In this document: one piece after another, positions 10,616-20,817 of the stretch
How positions within the stretch are numbered: the first letter of the stretch is position 1
Layout of the letters: every line of letters begins with the position of its first letter
Source: an uncultured Gemmatimonadaceae bacterium
GTDB lineage: Bacteria > Gemmatimonadota > Gemmatimonadetes > Gemmatimonadales > Gemmatimonadaceae
Assembly: GCA_963781585.1 (NCBI GenBank)
Contig: CAWAGQ010000002.1
Location: 96,001-160,000, forward strand
DNA length: 64,000 nucleotides
Direction: 5' to 3'
Notes under the pieces: model-generated
What the model was told of the DNA's origin: nothing
The model's database searches: none
The model's input: the letters and a program-made list of their open reading frames with translations, nothing else
Made by a program: the position numbers and the translations under genes

Positions 10616-13192
10616 TCAGGCCACGCCCGCCTCGACCACCTCAGTCTCCACGGCAGTGTCGGCCCCGGTCTCGTGCTCCGGCACGAGCGCGATGCGCAGC
10701 ACGTCCGAGAGGGTCTCGACTGGATGGAACGTCAGCTGCTGACGGACTTCCTCCGGCACATCTTCGAGGTCGCCCTCGTTGTCCTTGGGCAGGATGATGT
10801 GCGTGATGCCGGCGCGATGCGCTCCCAGTACCTTCTCCTTCAGTCCTCCGATGGGGAGCACCCGTCCGCGTAGCGTGATTTCCCCCGTCATGGCCACGTC
10901 CCGGCGCACCCGTAGGCCCGACATCTCGGAAACGAGGGCGGTCGCGATGGCGATACCGGCTGACGGTCCATCCTTGGGGATGGCGCCGGCCGGCACGTGG
11001 ATGTGGGCCTCCATCGCCCCCTCCAGCTGCTGGGGCGGAATACCTAACGATGTAGCGTTGTTGGTGGCATAGGTGAGGGCCGCGCGGGCGCTCTCCTTCA
11101 TCACGTCGCCGAGCTGCCCGGTCAGGATGAGCGACATCGGTCCTGCCTGAGGCGCCGAATCGCCGTTGTCGGACGACGGCGGACGCTGCCGGCGGCGAAT
11201 GGACGCCTCGACGAACATGATGTCGCCTCCCATCGGCGTGTAGTACATGCCGGTGGCGATGCCGACCTCATTCTTCTCGGCGGCCCGCTCCGGGTGGACC
11301 TTCGGCCGCCCCAGGAGCGCACGCACCTCGTCTGCATCCACCTGATTGTCGGCGATGATCGCCCCGTCACCGGCGGCCACCCGGCGTGCCAGCTTGCGGC
11401 ACACCGCACCGATCTGGCGCTCGAGCTGTCGTACGCCGCTCTCCCTGGTGTAGTTCGTCACCACCGACATCACCGCGTCGTCGGCGAATCCCACGCCCTT
11501 GTCGCCGAGGCCGTTCTCCTCGAGCTGGCGGGGGATCAGGTACTTCTTCGCGATCTCCGCCTTCTCCCGCTCGGTATAGCCGGAGAACTCGACCATCTCC
11601 ATCCGGTCGAACAGCGGCCCGGGGATGTTCTGCATGAAGTTCGCCGTAGCGACGAACAGCACTTCGCTGAGGTCGAACGGCACGCCCAGATAATGATCGG
11701 TGAAGCTGTCGTTCTGCGCCGGGTCGAGCACCTCGAGCAAGGCCGCCGACGGGTCGCCCTGGAACGACACGCCGAGCTTGTCCACCTCGTCGAGGAGGAA
11801 GACCGGATTCTTGGTGCCGGCCTGTTTCATGCCCTGGATGATCCGCCCCGGCATGGCCCCGACGTACGTCCGCCGGTGGCCGCGGATGTCGGCCTCGTCA
11901 CGCGCGCCGCCTAACGACACGCGTACGTACTGCCGGCCGAGTGACCGCGCGATCGACTTCGCGATCGAGGTCTTCCCCACCCCCGGCGGACCGACAAACA
12001 GCAGAATGGGGCCCTTCGCCATTGCCCGGGCCTTGGCTTCTCGCGCATCGGTGATCGTGCGGTCCTCGCCATTCCCGCCAGCCGGCGCGGTCGCCGGTTC
12101 CTCGGCCCCCTTCAGTCGACCCGCCGCGGGGAATTCCCCCGTCCGGATGACCTCCTCCGCCTGTTGGCGGGCGCGGAGCTGGCGCACCGCCAGGAACTCC
12201 AGGACGCGGTCCTTCACGTCCTGCAGCCCGTAGTGGTCCTCGTCGAGAATCCTGGCGGCGTGCGTCAGATCGAGCTGATCGTCCGACCGCTTGTTCCACG
12301 GCAATTCGGCGATCCACTCGAGGTAGGTGCGGATGACCTGCGCTTCCATCGACTCACGCCCCGTGCGCTCCAGCCGACCAAGCTCGCGTTCCGCTTCCGC
12401 CCGCGCCTCTTTGGGCAGGTCGAGCGCCCGCAGCTTCTCGCGCAGCTCCTCCACTTCCTTTGCCTGGTCGTCGTCACCCAGCTCCTTCTGGATCGCCTTC
12501 ATCTGCTCGCGCAGGAACATCTCGCGCTGGCGCTCCCCCAGCTCTTCCTGCACCTGCGACTTGATCTCCTCCTGCGCCTCGAGCATCCCGATCTGCCGCT
12601 GGACGTGCACCAGCACGCGGCGAAGGCGCTCCTCCACGCTCAGCGTCTCCAGGAGCCCCTGTTTCTCCGGAACCGGGAGCTCGATGTACCCGGCAACCAG
12701 ATCGGCGAACCGTCCCGGCTCCTCCACCGAGTCGAGCACCTGATGCACGACCTCTTCGGGAAGCCCGCGCTTCTCTCCGAGTTCCGCGGCCCGCTCACGT
12801 GTCTCCTTGTGAAGTGCCTCGAACGCGGAATCCGCCTCGTTCAGCGGATTCATTTCCTCGGTCGGCATGACCACCGCGTTGAGGTATCCCTCGTTCATCG
12901 TGTATTGCAGGGAGGTGGCGCGCTGCTCGCCCTGCAGGAGAAGCTGCACGCCTCCCAGCCCGCGCTGGATCTGTCCGATGCGCGCGATCACGCCCATCGA
13001 GTAGAGGATTTCCGGGGCGGGCTCGTCGGTATTGTCGCGCTGCGCCACGGCGAAGACGAGCCGGTCCCCCTTCAGGGCCGCCTCGATCGCACGCAGCGTC
13101 CCGGGCCGGCCCGCTGCAATCGGCGCGGTCAGTCCCGGGAAGATCACCGTTCCTCGCAGCGGAAGAACGGGAAGCGTCTGACGTTGAGCCAT
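10616..13192 (-). CDS. lon: ATP-dependent Lon protease
   Basis: LPVLPLR N-domain, GPPGVGKT, LLDEVDK, PKDGPSAG catalytic Ser, GGLKEK. Confidence 0.97.
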   Translation of the reverse strand: MAQRQTLPVLPLRGTVIFPGLTAPIAAGRPGTLRAIEAALKGDRLVFAVAQRDNTDEPAPEILYSMGVIARIGQIQRGLGGVQLLLQGEQRATSLQYTMNEGYLNAVVMPTEEMNPLNEADSAFEALHKETRERAAELGEKRGLPEEVVHQVLDSVEEPGRFADLVAGYIELPVPEKQGLLETLSVEERLRRVLVHVQRQIGMLEAQEEIKSQVQEELGERQREMFLREQMKAIQKELGDDDQAKEVEELREKLRALDLPKEARAEAERELGRLERTGRESMEAQVIRTYLEWIAELPWNKRSDDQLDLTHAARILDEDHYGLQDVKDRVLEFLAVRQLRARQQAEEVIRTGEFPAAGRLKGAEEPATAPAGGNGEDRTITDAREAKARAMAKGPILLFVGPPGVGKTSIAKSIARSLGRQYVRVSLGGARDEADIRGHRRTYVGAMPGRIIQGMKQAGTKNPVFLLDEVDKLGVSFQGDPSAALLEVLDPAQNDSFTDHYLGVPFDLSEVLFVATANFMQNIPGPLFDRMEMVEFSGYTEREKAEIAKKYLIPRQLEENGLGDKGVGFADDAVMSVVTNYTRESGVRQLERQIGAVCRKLARRVAAGDGAIIADNQVDADEVRALLGRPKVHPERAAEKNEVGIATGMYYTPMGGDIMFVEASIRRRQRPPSSDNGDSAPQAGPMSLILTGQLGDVMKESARAALTYATNNATSLGIPPQQLEGAMEAHIHVPAGAIPKDGPSAGIAIATALVSEMSGLRVRRDVAMTGEITLRGRVLPIGGLKEKVLGAHRAGITHIILPKDNEGDLEDVPEEVRQQLTFHPVETLSDVLRIALVPEHETGADTAVETEVVEAGVA

Positions 13193-13634
13193 GCTGTCGT
13201 GTCCTCGTGATTCGTGCCCCAAGGTCGTGACTGCGACAGATCCCGATCACCGTCCACGCATGTGCCACCAGTGCGTCACACGCGAAACGGCGCGGATTCC
13301 GGGCGGTTGGCACCTCATGCAGATATCGCGCTGCTGAATTACGCCACAGTGGCGGCAATTGCAACTTTCGCGGGCCAATGTGACGTAGTGCCACTGACAG
13401 CCGACCCGGCCACGAATATGGCCTCTGGGCTGATGGCCGCCGGTGGACGACTCGATCGTGAAACTGCGGGTTTCGAGTCGCCAGCCGTCGGCCGTGGGAC
13501 ACTCGAAAGTCGGGGGTCGTGGCGCCCGGGTTCGGCGCTCGTCATAAGCGCCCGGCTCGTTTCGCTTTACCCTGCAGCAGATGAGTGCTACACTACTCGA
13601 CCGCCGGCTTGTCGTACCCACGAAAACCAAACGC

Positions 13635-15584
13635 GTGCCCGATCCCGTCGTCTCGTCGTCCGACCCCGAGCTGCGCGCGCATGTCGAGCGCGTCCTGAGC
13701 AACAACTACGAGCTCGACCAAGAGATTGGGCGCGGTGGTATGGGCATTGTCTACAAGGCCAGGGACCGCCGGCTGAAGCGCTCCGTCGCCGTCAAGGTGC
13801 TCCCGCCGGAGCTGGCCTTTCGCTCGGAGATCCGAACGCGCTTCCTGCGCGAGGCCGAGACGGCGGCGCAACTGAGCCACCCGAACATCGTCCCCATCTA
13901 CAGCGTGGACGAGCACGACGGCATCGTCTACTTCGTGATGGCGTTCGTGGACGGCGAAAACGTGGCGATGCGGCTCAATCGCGAGGGGGCGCTGCCGCCC
14001 GACGAGGTGCGCCGGATCATGCTCGAGGTGGGGCGCGCGCTGGCCTACGCCCACGAGCGCCACGTGGTTCACCGTGACATCAAACCTGACAACATCCTGA
14101 TCGAACGCGGCGAAGGCCGGGTCATGGTCACGGATTTCGGGATCGCCCGGGCGATCACCGACGGCGCGGACGCGCGTCTTACCGCCACCGGAATGGCGAT
14201 CGGTACTCCCGCGTACATGTCCCCCGAGCAGTCGATGGGCGACCGGGAGATCGATGGTCGGAGCGACCTCTATTCGTTGGGTGTGGTCGGCTATCAGATG
14301 CTCACCGGCGACCTGCCGTTTGAGGCACCGAGCACGCCCGCCCTGCTGGTGAAACACCTCTCGGAGCGTCCGGAACCGGTGGAAGAGCGGTGTCCGAACG
14401 CGCCCCCCGACCTCGGCCGCGCGGTCATGCTCCTGCTCGAGAAGGAGCCGGCCAACCGGTTCCCGAGCGCCGGGGCGCTGGTCACCGCGCTGGAGACCGG
14501 CGAGGTGCCCGCTCTGCCGGAGGCGACGTCGCCGCCGGTCGCTACGCCGGCACGGCGACACGAGGCGTATGACTCTGCGCCGGCCCCGGCGGGCGGATAT
14601 CAGCCCACGCCGGAGGAGCTGGCGCGCTGGAACGCGCCACCGGTGGTGGCGTTCCGGAAGAAGCTGGCGCCGTTCTTCGCGTTCAGTGTCGTCTCCGTTA
14701 TCCTGTCGATCTTCAACGTGATGGACGCGCTGGTGAGTATCGCCGGCATCTGGAGCATCTTCATCGCGTTCAAGTACGCTCGCCTCTGGACCGAGAACTA
14801 CGACTGGCGCGACGTCTTCAAGCAGCCGCGTGACCGGTTGTTCTTCGACGTGGTCGCCGAGTGGGTGGATAACGTCCGCGCGCTCTGGGATCGAAAGAAG
14901 CGCTCCGAGGTCCGCGAGCGCTCGCGATTGCGCGGTCGGGGCAATGTGGGTCTGTTCGCCCCGGACGACCGGCGCGGCGCGCTCACGGCCGGTGGCTCGA
15001 TTCCCACTCATGAGCTGACGGCGATTGCCGGCCCGCACGCTGCATCGGTGCGCCAGGCGGCGCGGCTGCGCGATGACATCCAGCGACAGTTAGGGACGCT
15101 CTCGAAGCATGATCGCGAAGTCATTCACGATGTGCCGGCCACCGCCGAGGCGCTGTATCGCCGCGTGGAAGCGCTTTCCGTGAATCTCGCCGACCTCGAA
15201 CGCACGGTGTCGCCTAACGCCGCCGAGGCGGTGGAGGCCGAGATTTCGGCGCTGGAGGCGCAGGCAAATCCGCTCGACCTGCGGGCCAGCGAGCAACGCG
15301 TGCGGCGTCTTGCCTACCTGAAGCGACAACGTCGCGCCATCGTCGACCTCGACACCAAGCGCGACAAGGCGCGCGACAAGCTGGACAGCTGTCTCCTCGC
15401 GCTCCGCAACATTCAGCTCGACGTCGTTCGGCTGAAAGCCGGCGGACAGTCGCTGCAGCAGATTACCCAGGTCGCCGAGCAGGCGATGGCCCTCGCCCGC
15501 GAGGTGGACAACGCCGTCTACGTCGCCAACGAGATGGCGAAGTTGATGCCAGGGTCCCGGGACTCGCGACCCGGGGTGCGTTAG
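13635..15584 (+). CDS. Hanks-type Ser/Thr protein kinase with 2 TM helices and C-terminal coiled coil
   Basis: GRGGMG, VAVK, HRDIKPDN, DFG, GTPAYMSPEQ, DLYSLG; start GTG inferred. Confidence 0.93.
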   Translation: MPDPVVSSSDPELRAHVERVLSNNYELDQEIGRGGMGIVYKARDRRLKRSVAVKVLPPELAFRSEIRTRFLREAETAAQLSHPNIVPIYSVDEHDGIVYFVMAFVDGENVAMRLNREGALPPDEVRRIMLEVGRALAYAHERHVVHRDIKPDNILIERGEGRVMVTDFGIARAITDGADARLTATGMAIGTPAYMSPEQSMGDREIDGRSDLYSLGVVGYQMLTGDLPFEAPSTPALLVKHLSERPEPVEERCPNAPPDLGRAVMLLLEKEPANRFPSAGALVTALETGEVPALPEATSPPVATPARRHEAYDSAPAPAGGYQPTPEELARWNAPPVVAFRKKLAPFFAFSVVSVILSIFNVMDALVSIAGIWSIFIAFKYARLWTENYDWRDVFKQPRDRLFFDVVAEWVDNVRALWDRKKRSEVRERSRLRGRGNVGLFAPDDRRGALTAGGSIPTHELTAIAGPHAASVRQAARLRDDIQRQLGTLSKHDREVIHDVPATAEALYRRVEALSVNLADLERTVSPNAAEAVEAEISALEAQANPLDLRASEQRVRRLAYLKRQRRAIVDLDTKRDKARDKLDSCLLALRNIQLDVVRLKAGGQSLQQITQVAEQAMALAREVDNAVYVANEMAKLMPGSRDSRPGVR

Positions 15585-15599
15585 GATCCGAGGCGCCAG

Positions 15600-17675
15600 G
15601 TGTCTCCCGGTCCCGTCCAGGTGCCTGATCCGCTTCGCGACCGCGTCACCGTCGCGCTCGGTGACAGCTACGCGCTCGAATCGGAGATTGGGCGAGGGGG
15701 CATGGGAGTCGTCTACCGGTGCCGTGACGTCAAGTTGCGGCGGCTGGTGGCCGTCAAAGTCCTGCCTCCCGAGCTGGCGTTTCGCGAGGAGGTTCGCATC
15801 AGGTTCCTTCGGGAAGCGGAGACCGCCGCCCAACTGAACCATCCCAACATCGTCCCCATCTATTCGGTCGACGAACGCGAAGGTCTCGTCTGGTTCGTCA
15901 TGGCACTGGTGGACGGAGAAAGCCTCGCTGCCCGGCTCGCCCGCGAACCCCGGCCACCGCTTGGCGACGTGTGCCGCATACTCCGCGACGTTGCCGACGC
16001 GCTCGCCTATGCCCACGCGCACGGCATCGTGCACCGCGATATCAAGCCGGACAACATCATCATCGATCGCGTGACCGGACGGCCGATGGTGACGGATTTC
16101 GGCATTGCACGCGCCGTGGAAGGCGATTCGCGTCTCACCATCACCGGAAGCACCGTCGGTACGCCGGCGTACATGTCGCCCGAACAAGCCACCGGAGAGC
16201 GCGACGTCGACGGTCGCAGCGACCTGTATTCGCTCGCGGTCGTCGGATATCAGATGCTGTCGGGCGACCTGCCGTTCAGGGCGACCAACACCCCGGCCAT
16301 GCTGATGAAGCACATCAGCGAACCGGTGCCGCCGCTGCGCGTTCTCCATCGCGACATCCCGGAATCGCTGGCGACCGCAATCGAGCGGGCGCTGGAAAAG
16401 AAACCATCGGATCGGTGGCCGGGCGCCGGAGAATTCCGCGACGCGGTGGCCGCGACCCCCACGCCCCCCGCCTCCTCACCACAGTCGGCCCCGTGGCCGG
16501 TGGCCCCGGCTTCATTGCCTCGGCCAGCCGACAGGGCATCCGCCGCCTGGAAGCGGCCGGCGCAGCATCCTGTCGAGCCGAGATCCGGCGTCCGTGACGA
16601 GCGCAACGACCCCGCGCGGCACCGTCCGCGCGGGTCACCGCGTGATGCCGTGGAGGCCTCGAATATCGGATGGGACCATCGAACACCGACGTTCGGGGTG
16701 CGCGAAGTCGCGACGCCACTCCCTCCTGTTCCACCATGGATGCCGGAATCCTGGCGCGACGCCCGCCGCCAATGGCGTGAGCAACATCGAGCAAGTCGCA
16801 GCGAACGCCGGCGCCTGCGGCGTGGCGATGAGCCCCTGGTGCAGTTCGGCGAAATGCCGCGCGAACAGCGAATCCGCCGCTTCCGTGGGCGGGCCGCGAG
16901 TACCGTCCTGACCGTGGGAATGCTGGCCGGCATCAATCTGATGTTCTCGCCCGGATTCCCCTGGTTCGTCTTCCCGGCTGCCTTCATGTCGTTCGGGCTG
17001 CTGCGCCGGGGTGCGTCGTTGTGGGCCGATGGGATTCGCCTGCGTGACGTATTCGGCAGGGAAGCGCGTGAACAACTGCGGCGTGACGCCCATGTCGCGC
17101 GCGATGCCCGGCCGGCCCTGGCCCCATCCCCCGAAGCGGAGGCGGAGAAGCTCGCCCCGCCTGACGTGCTGGCCGGACCGTACGGCGCCATTGTTCGGCG
17201 CGCCGCCGTCGACCACGCCGCGGCGACCACGGCGCTGGCCAAGCTCGCCCCGGCGGACCGCGCGCTCATCCCGGACGTGGCCCCTACCGTGAAGGCGCTG
17301 GCGGTGCGGGTTGGAGCGATCGCCAGCACGCTCCACCGGATGGACGAAGACGTCACTCCCGATGCCCGCGCGTCCATCGAGCGCCGCATCGCCGAAGCCA
17401 AGGCTCAACCGGAGTCCTCGGAGCGGGAGAAGAAGCTGACCCTGCTCGAGCGCCAGCGGGCAACGATGGCCGATCTCCTGGCGCGCCGCGATGCCCTGAA
17501 AACGCAACTCGACAGCGCATCGCTGATGCTCGAGAACATGCGACTCGACCTGCTCGCCCTGGGGTCGGCAGGTGTGCAGTCGGCGATCAACGACGTGTCG
17601 AGCGCCACCCAGGAGGCCCGCGCGCTCTCGCGGGACATCCAGATCGCCCTGGAAGCAGCCAAAGAGGTCCGTTAG
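15600..17675 (+). CDS. second Hanks-type Ser/Thr kinase (paralog) with 2TM segment and C-terminal coiled coil
   Basis: Same kinase motifs; LAGINLMFSPGFPWFVFP 2TM-like segment; LENMRLDLL tail. Confidence 0.93.
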   Translation: MSPGPVQVPDPLRDRVTVALGDSYALESEIGRGGMGVVYRCRDVKLRRLVAVKVLPPELAFREEVRIRFLREAETAAQLNHPNIVPIYSVDEREGLVWFVMALVDGESLAARLAREPRPPLGDVCRILRDVADALAYAHAHGIVHRDIKPDNIIIDRVTGRPMVTDFGIARAVEGDSRLTITGSTVGTPAYMSPEQATGERDVDGRSDLYSLAVVGYQMLSGDLPFRATNTPAMLMKHISEPVPPLRVLHRDIPESLATAIERALEKKPSDRWPGAGEFRDAVAATPTPPASSPQSAPWPVAPASLPRPADRASAAWKRPAQHPVEPRSGVRDERNDPARHRPRGSPRDAVEASNIGWDHRTPTFGVREVATPLPPVPPWMPESWRDARRQWREQHRASRSERRRLRRGDEPLVQFGEMPREQRIRRFRGRAASTVLTVGMLAGINLMFSPGFPWFVFPAAFMSFGLLRRGASLWADGIRLRDVFGREAREQLRRDAHVARDARPALAPSPEAEAEKLAPPDVLAGPYGAIVRRAAVDHAAATTALAKLAPADRALIPDVAPTVKALAVRVGAIASTLHRMDEDVTPDARASIERRIAEAKAQPESSEREKKLTLLERQRATMADLLARRDALKTQLDSASLMLENMRLDLLALGSAGVQSAINDVSSATQEARALSRDIQIALEAAKEVR

Positions 17676-17676
17676 G

Positions 17677-18300
17677 TCACGGACGGGGCACCACGGCCGG
17701 CAGCCACTTCTCACCGCCGAGCGCGAATCCCACCAGCCCGCCGACGACGGCGCCTATCGCGGCACCAGTCGGAAAGGCGCTGGCAATATCTCCAAAGTCC
17801 GGATTGCGTTGTGGGAGATTCCCGAGCCCCCACAACAGTCCGCCGATCAACGACCCGAAGATCACGCCCCGCACCGTGGACCGCTGCGACGAGCGGCCTC
17901 CACTGACCTCGATCTCGCGAATCGCGGACAGGCGAATGCTGACGTGACGATACTGGTCGACCAGGACGGGCCCCATGTCGAGACCAAGGCGGCTTCGCTG
18001 GCCTGCGGTGTCGAGTACCATTTCCGTCACGTCGAGCGAGTCCACGCGACCCACGTACCGATCGTCCCGGAGATCCGGTGCGAACACGCGGACGCGCGAT
18101 CCGACGAACACATCGTGCGGGGCCGATTGCTGTGCCCCGGCGACCACGACCGCGCCCCCCGATCCCAATACCGTGATCGCGACCCGCAGCAATCTCCTTG
18201 CCGTCTTCAATGCGGCCTCCCGTGGGTCCCGACCGATAGCGCCAAGCCTCGCCTCAATCCGCGTGTGCGCGTGAAAGGTGCGTGGGCCTCGTGGCGTCAA
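17677..18300 (-). CDS. hypothetical exported/membrane protein with C-terminal glycine-zipper helices
   Basis: VGSRVRV strand; GVIFGSLIGG and GAAIGAVVGGLVG; true start uncertain. Confidence 0.6.
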   Translation of the reverse strand: MTPRGPRTFHAHTRIEARLGAIGRDPREAALKTARRLLRVAITVLGSGGAVVVAGAQQSAPHDVFVGSRVRVFAPDLRDDRYVGRVDSLDVTEMVLDTAGQRSRLGLDMGPVLVDQYRHVSIRLSAIREIEVSGGRSSQRSTVRGVIFGSLIGGLLWGLGNLPQRNPDFGDIASAFPTGAAIGAVVGGLVGFALGGEKWLPAVVPRP

Positions 18301-19118
18301 CGATCCAGAAGGTCGTTCACGACGCTCGCCACACGCTCCGGCGCCTCCTCGGGCGAAAAGTGTCGCACGTTGTCCACGATGTCGAGCGTGGCGTGCGGCA
18401 ATGCAGTGAGTAGCCGCCGGGCGACGGACGGCGGAGAGAACCTGTCGTCCGATCCCCAGATGATCGCCACGGGATGGGTAACGCGCTCGAGATCGGCGGC
18501 CATGGCCGTCATCTCGTCCTCGCGCAGCGCCACCAGATGCCGGAGAAAGTTGCGCCTGCCTCGCGGTGTCGAGAACGGCCGGAGAAACTGATCCAGAGAG
18601 CGTCTGCCTCGCTCCGCGTCACAATAGCGGTGGAGCATGTCCGCCTGGACCGCGCGCAGCAGCGCGTGCGTCGGGATCAGCCGCGTGAAGGGGAGAAAGG
18701 CTCGCATGAGGGCGAGCGTACCCGTCACGGTGAGATCAAAACCGATGGAATCGATCAGGCACAGCCGCGTCACCCTCCTGGCCCAGCGCATCGCCATGAC
18801 CTGCGCAATGCCGCCACCCATGTGATGCCCCACGAGAGTCGCCGACTGAATGCCGAGGACATCCATGAAGGTGACAAGGCGCTGCGCGTGGGCGGTAAGC
18901 GAGAGGCCGGCCACGCCCGGGGGATCGCTTCTGCCGAACCCGAGCAGATCGACCACCAGCACCCGATGCCCGGGAGACATGAGCGGGACGAGCTCACCCC
19001 ACAGATGGCCGGATGTCGGGAAGCCGTGAAGGAGAATCACCGGCTCCCCCGCACCGCGGGTCCCGGAGGCGTAGTAGTACAGCCGCATCCCGCCGACGTC
19101 TATGAACTCGCCACGCAT
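18297..19118 (-). CDS. alpha/beta hydrolase (epoxide hydrolase/dehalogenase-like clade)
   Basis: LLHGFP, DLLGFGRS, VGHHMGG nucleophile elbow, HFSPEE. Confidence 0.88.
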   Translation of the reverse strand: MRGEFIDVGGMRLYYYASGTRGAGEPVILLHGFPTSGHLWGELVPLMSPGHRVLVVDLLGFGRSDPPGVAGLSLTAHAQRLVTFMDVLGIQSATLVGHHMGGGIAQVMAMRWARRVTRLCLIDSIGFDLTVTGTLALMRAFLPFTRLIPTHALLRAVQADMLHRYCDAERGRRSLDQFLRPFSTPRGRRNFLRHLVALREDEMTAMAADLERVTHPVAIIWGSDDRFSPPSVARRLLTALPHATLDIVDNVRHFSPEEAPERVASVVNDLLDR

Positions 19119-19143
19119 GACACGGGAGGAATCGGCGCGGGCA

Positions 19144-19243
19144 GCGCCTCTGAACGCGGCGAAGGTGCAGCTGCCCGCGCCTCTGAACGCGGCGAAGGTG
19201 CAGCTGCCGCGCCTCTGAACGCGGCGAAGGTGCAGCTGCCGCG
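19144..19243. repeat. three tandem 32-33 bp direct repeats
   Basis: GCGCCTCTGAACGCGGCGAAGGTGCAGCTGCC at 19144, 19177 and 19209, with no spacers. Confidence 0.95.
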
Positions 19244-19416
19244 ACTATACGGTTCCGGCAGAGCCAAGATGCGCGCAGTTCGTTGTAGTAACAAGACTTG
19301 CGCCTCGGCTACTGGCGTTTTGATTGAAACATGCTATCCTTACGCGCCCTTCATTCAGGCGACCTCGTCATGGTGCATATAGCGTTGTGAAATAACGGTT
19401 TATACGCTCGAAGCCC

Positions 19417-20553
19417 GTGACCATACCGACTGCGCCAGAGACAACCGCGCTTCCGCCGCCGCCGCCGCCCCCGCCCGAACCAGTTCATTTTCCACTTTCC
19501 TGGATGCTGGAGCACGGGGCGGGGTCGCTGCAATTCCGCGCCCTGCAGGACGTCGCCAGGTTCGAAAACGCTCGGGATCGGTACTTCGCGATGGCGTTGT
19601 CGTTTCCGCCCGCGCTCATGCTCGCCATCGAGCAGGGTCCGGAGGGGGTCTGGAACAATGCGCTGCTGTCCGTCCCCTCCAGCAGAGCGGTTGGTTTCGA
19701 GGGAGTGGGCACCATCCCGGCGTACCGCCGCCTCCTTGAGTACGGTTGGGATCGAGAGGCTCCGACATTGGTGCACGCGCGTCGTGTTCTCTTCCGCCTC
19801 CTGGCCGAGGACGACGACCCGGCGTTCCTGTTCGAGCTGGGCGCGAAGGGAAGGATGGACGCCGACCTGGTCCACCGGGGCCGGGTCATGCTGCGCGAGG
19901 CGGCAGCCGCGGCACTTGCGCACGCCGGATACGAAGGAGATCCGCGCCTTCGCGGAGCGGCCCGGCGAATGCTCAATCGCTCGGATGAGTACCTGCGGTC
20001 GCCAGTCGCGCAGAAGCCGTGGGTGCGTGTGGGAAACAAGCAGGTGCTGTCGCCCGATGCGGCGCCGCCGTCGATCTATCTCCTTTCGATGATCGCCTAC
20101 ATGCCGCTGTTTCGCAGCGAGAACCACTCCACCATCGAGCATCTCTACGGTCATCTGTCACAGCCGCTGCCCCGACAGGAGTCGCAGCAGCTGGTTGGCA
20201 AGCACATCGTGTCACAGCCACATCTGGTCCTGGGTGACATGCTGCCGAATCGGAACGCGGCGGACGCGGATGTTCCGTTTGCTCTCACGTGGCTGGAACT
20301 GATGGCGCGGCTCCAGTATCTCCGCCGCAACGAGGGATGGTTGAGCTTGTATGAGCGATTCCTCGATGATCGCGACCGCGACTTCGTCTGGCATCCGCAC
20401 CGCGGAACGGCGATGCCACGCAGCACGCACCCGGCGGTGTGGCCGTATTTTCCGCTCGAACCGCAGGCGAGCGGTGACGATCGGTGGACCGACGTGACGT
20501 TTCGACTCGGTCTGATTGCGCGACTGCTCGGACGGCCGATCGAGCTCGTCTGA
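19417..20553 (+). CDS. hypothetical protein, possibly alpha/alpha-barrel (prenyltransferase/squalene-cyclase-like repeats)
   Basis: Long ORF with normal codon usage; QGPEGVW and RDRDFVW resemble QW-type repeats (weak). Confidence 0.65.
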   Translation: MTIPTAPETTALPPPPPPPPEPVHFPLSWMLEHGAGSLQFRALQDVARFENARDRYFAMALSFPPALMLAIEQGPEGVWNNALLSVPSSRAVGFEGVGTIPAYRRLLEYGWDREAPTLVHARRVLFRLLAEDDDPAFLFELGAKGRMDADLVHRGRVMLREAAAAALAHAGYEGDPRLRGAARRMLNRSDEYLRSPVAQKPWVRVGNKQVLSPDAAPPSIYLLSMIAYMPLFRSENHSTIEHLYGHLSQPLPRQESQQLVGKHIVSQPHLVLGDMLPNRNAADADVPFALTWLELMARLQYLRRNEGWLSLYERFLDDRDRDFVWHPHRGTAMPRSTHPAVWPYFPLEPQASGDDRWTDVTFRLGLIARLLGRPIELV

Positions 20554-20817
20554 CCCGTGTGGCCCGCCGCGGTCGCAACCGGTCGACGTGACGGCTGATT
20601 CGCCTGCCGACTGATGCAGGCCCCGTTGATCGGCGCCTGACCCATCATTCCGACAATTCCCGACAAGCCTTCCCGCACCGGCTGATGGCAGGTGCGGCGT
20701 GCAGGGTGTAAGAATGAACCAGGAGGAACCTGCGCGACTCGTCGCGCGCAGCACGCTGCTCTCCGTGGCGAACCGAGTCGTGGCGCGGCCGTCGAAGGCG
20801 GTCGGGAGGTCGAGACA

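Noticed and set aside
12020..12175. Intein or mobile insertion in Lon before Walker A
   Set aside because: It is only about 50 aa of low-complexity sequence with no intein terminal motifs, most likely a lineage-specific loop.
13300..13400. sigma54 promoter or CIRCE element near lon
   Set aside because: The TGGCAC hits lack a GC at the required -12 spacing, and no TTAGCACTC-N9-GAGTGCTAA was seen here or before hsp20.
19144..19243. CRISPR array
   Set aside because: The repeats are directly adjacent with no spacers, and no cas genes are in the window.
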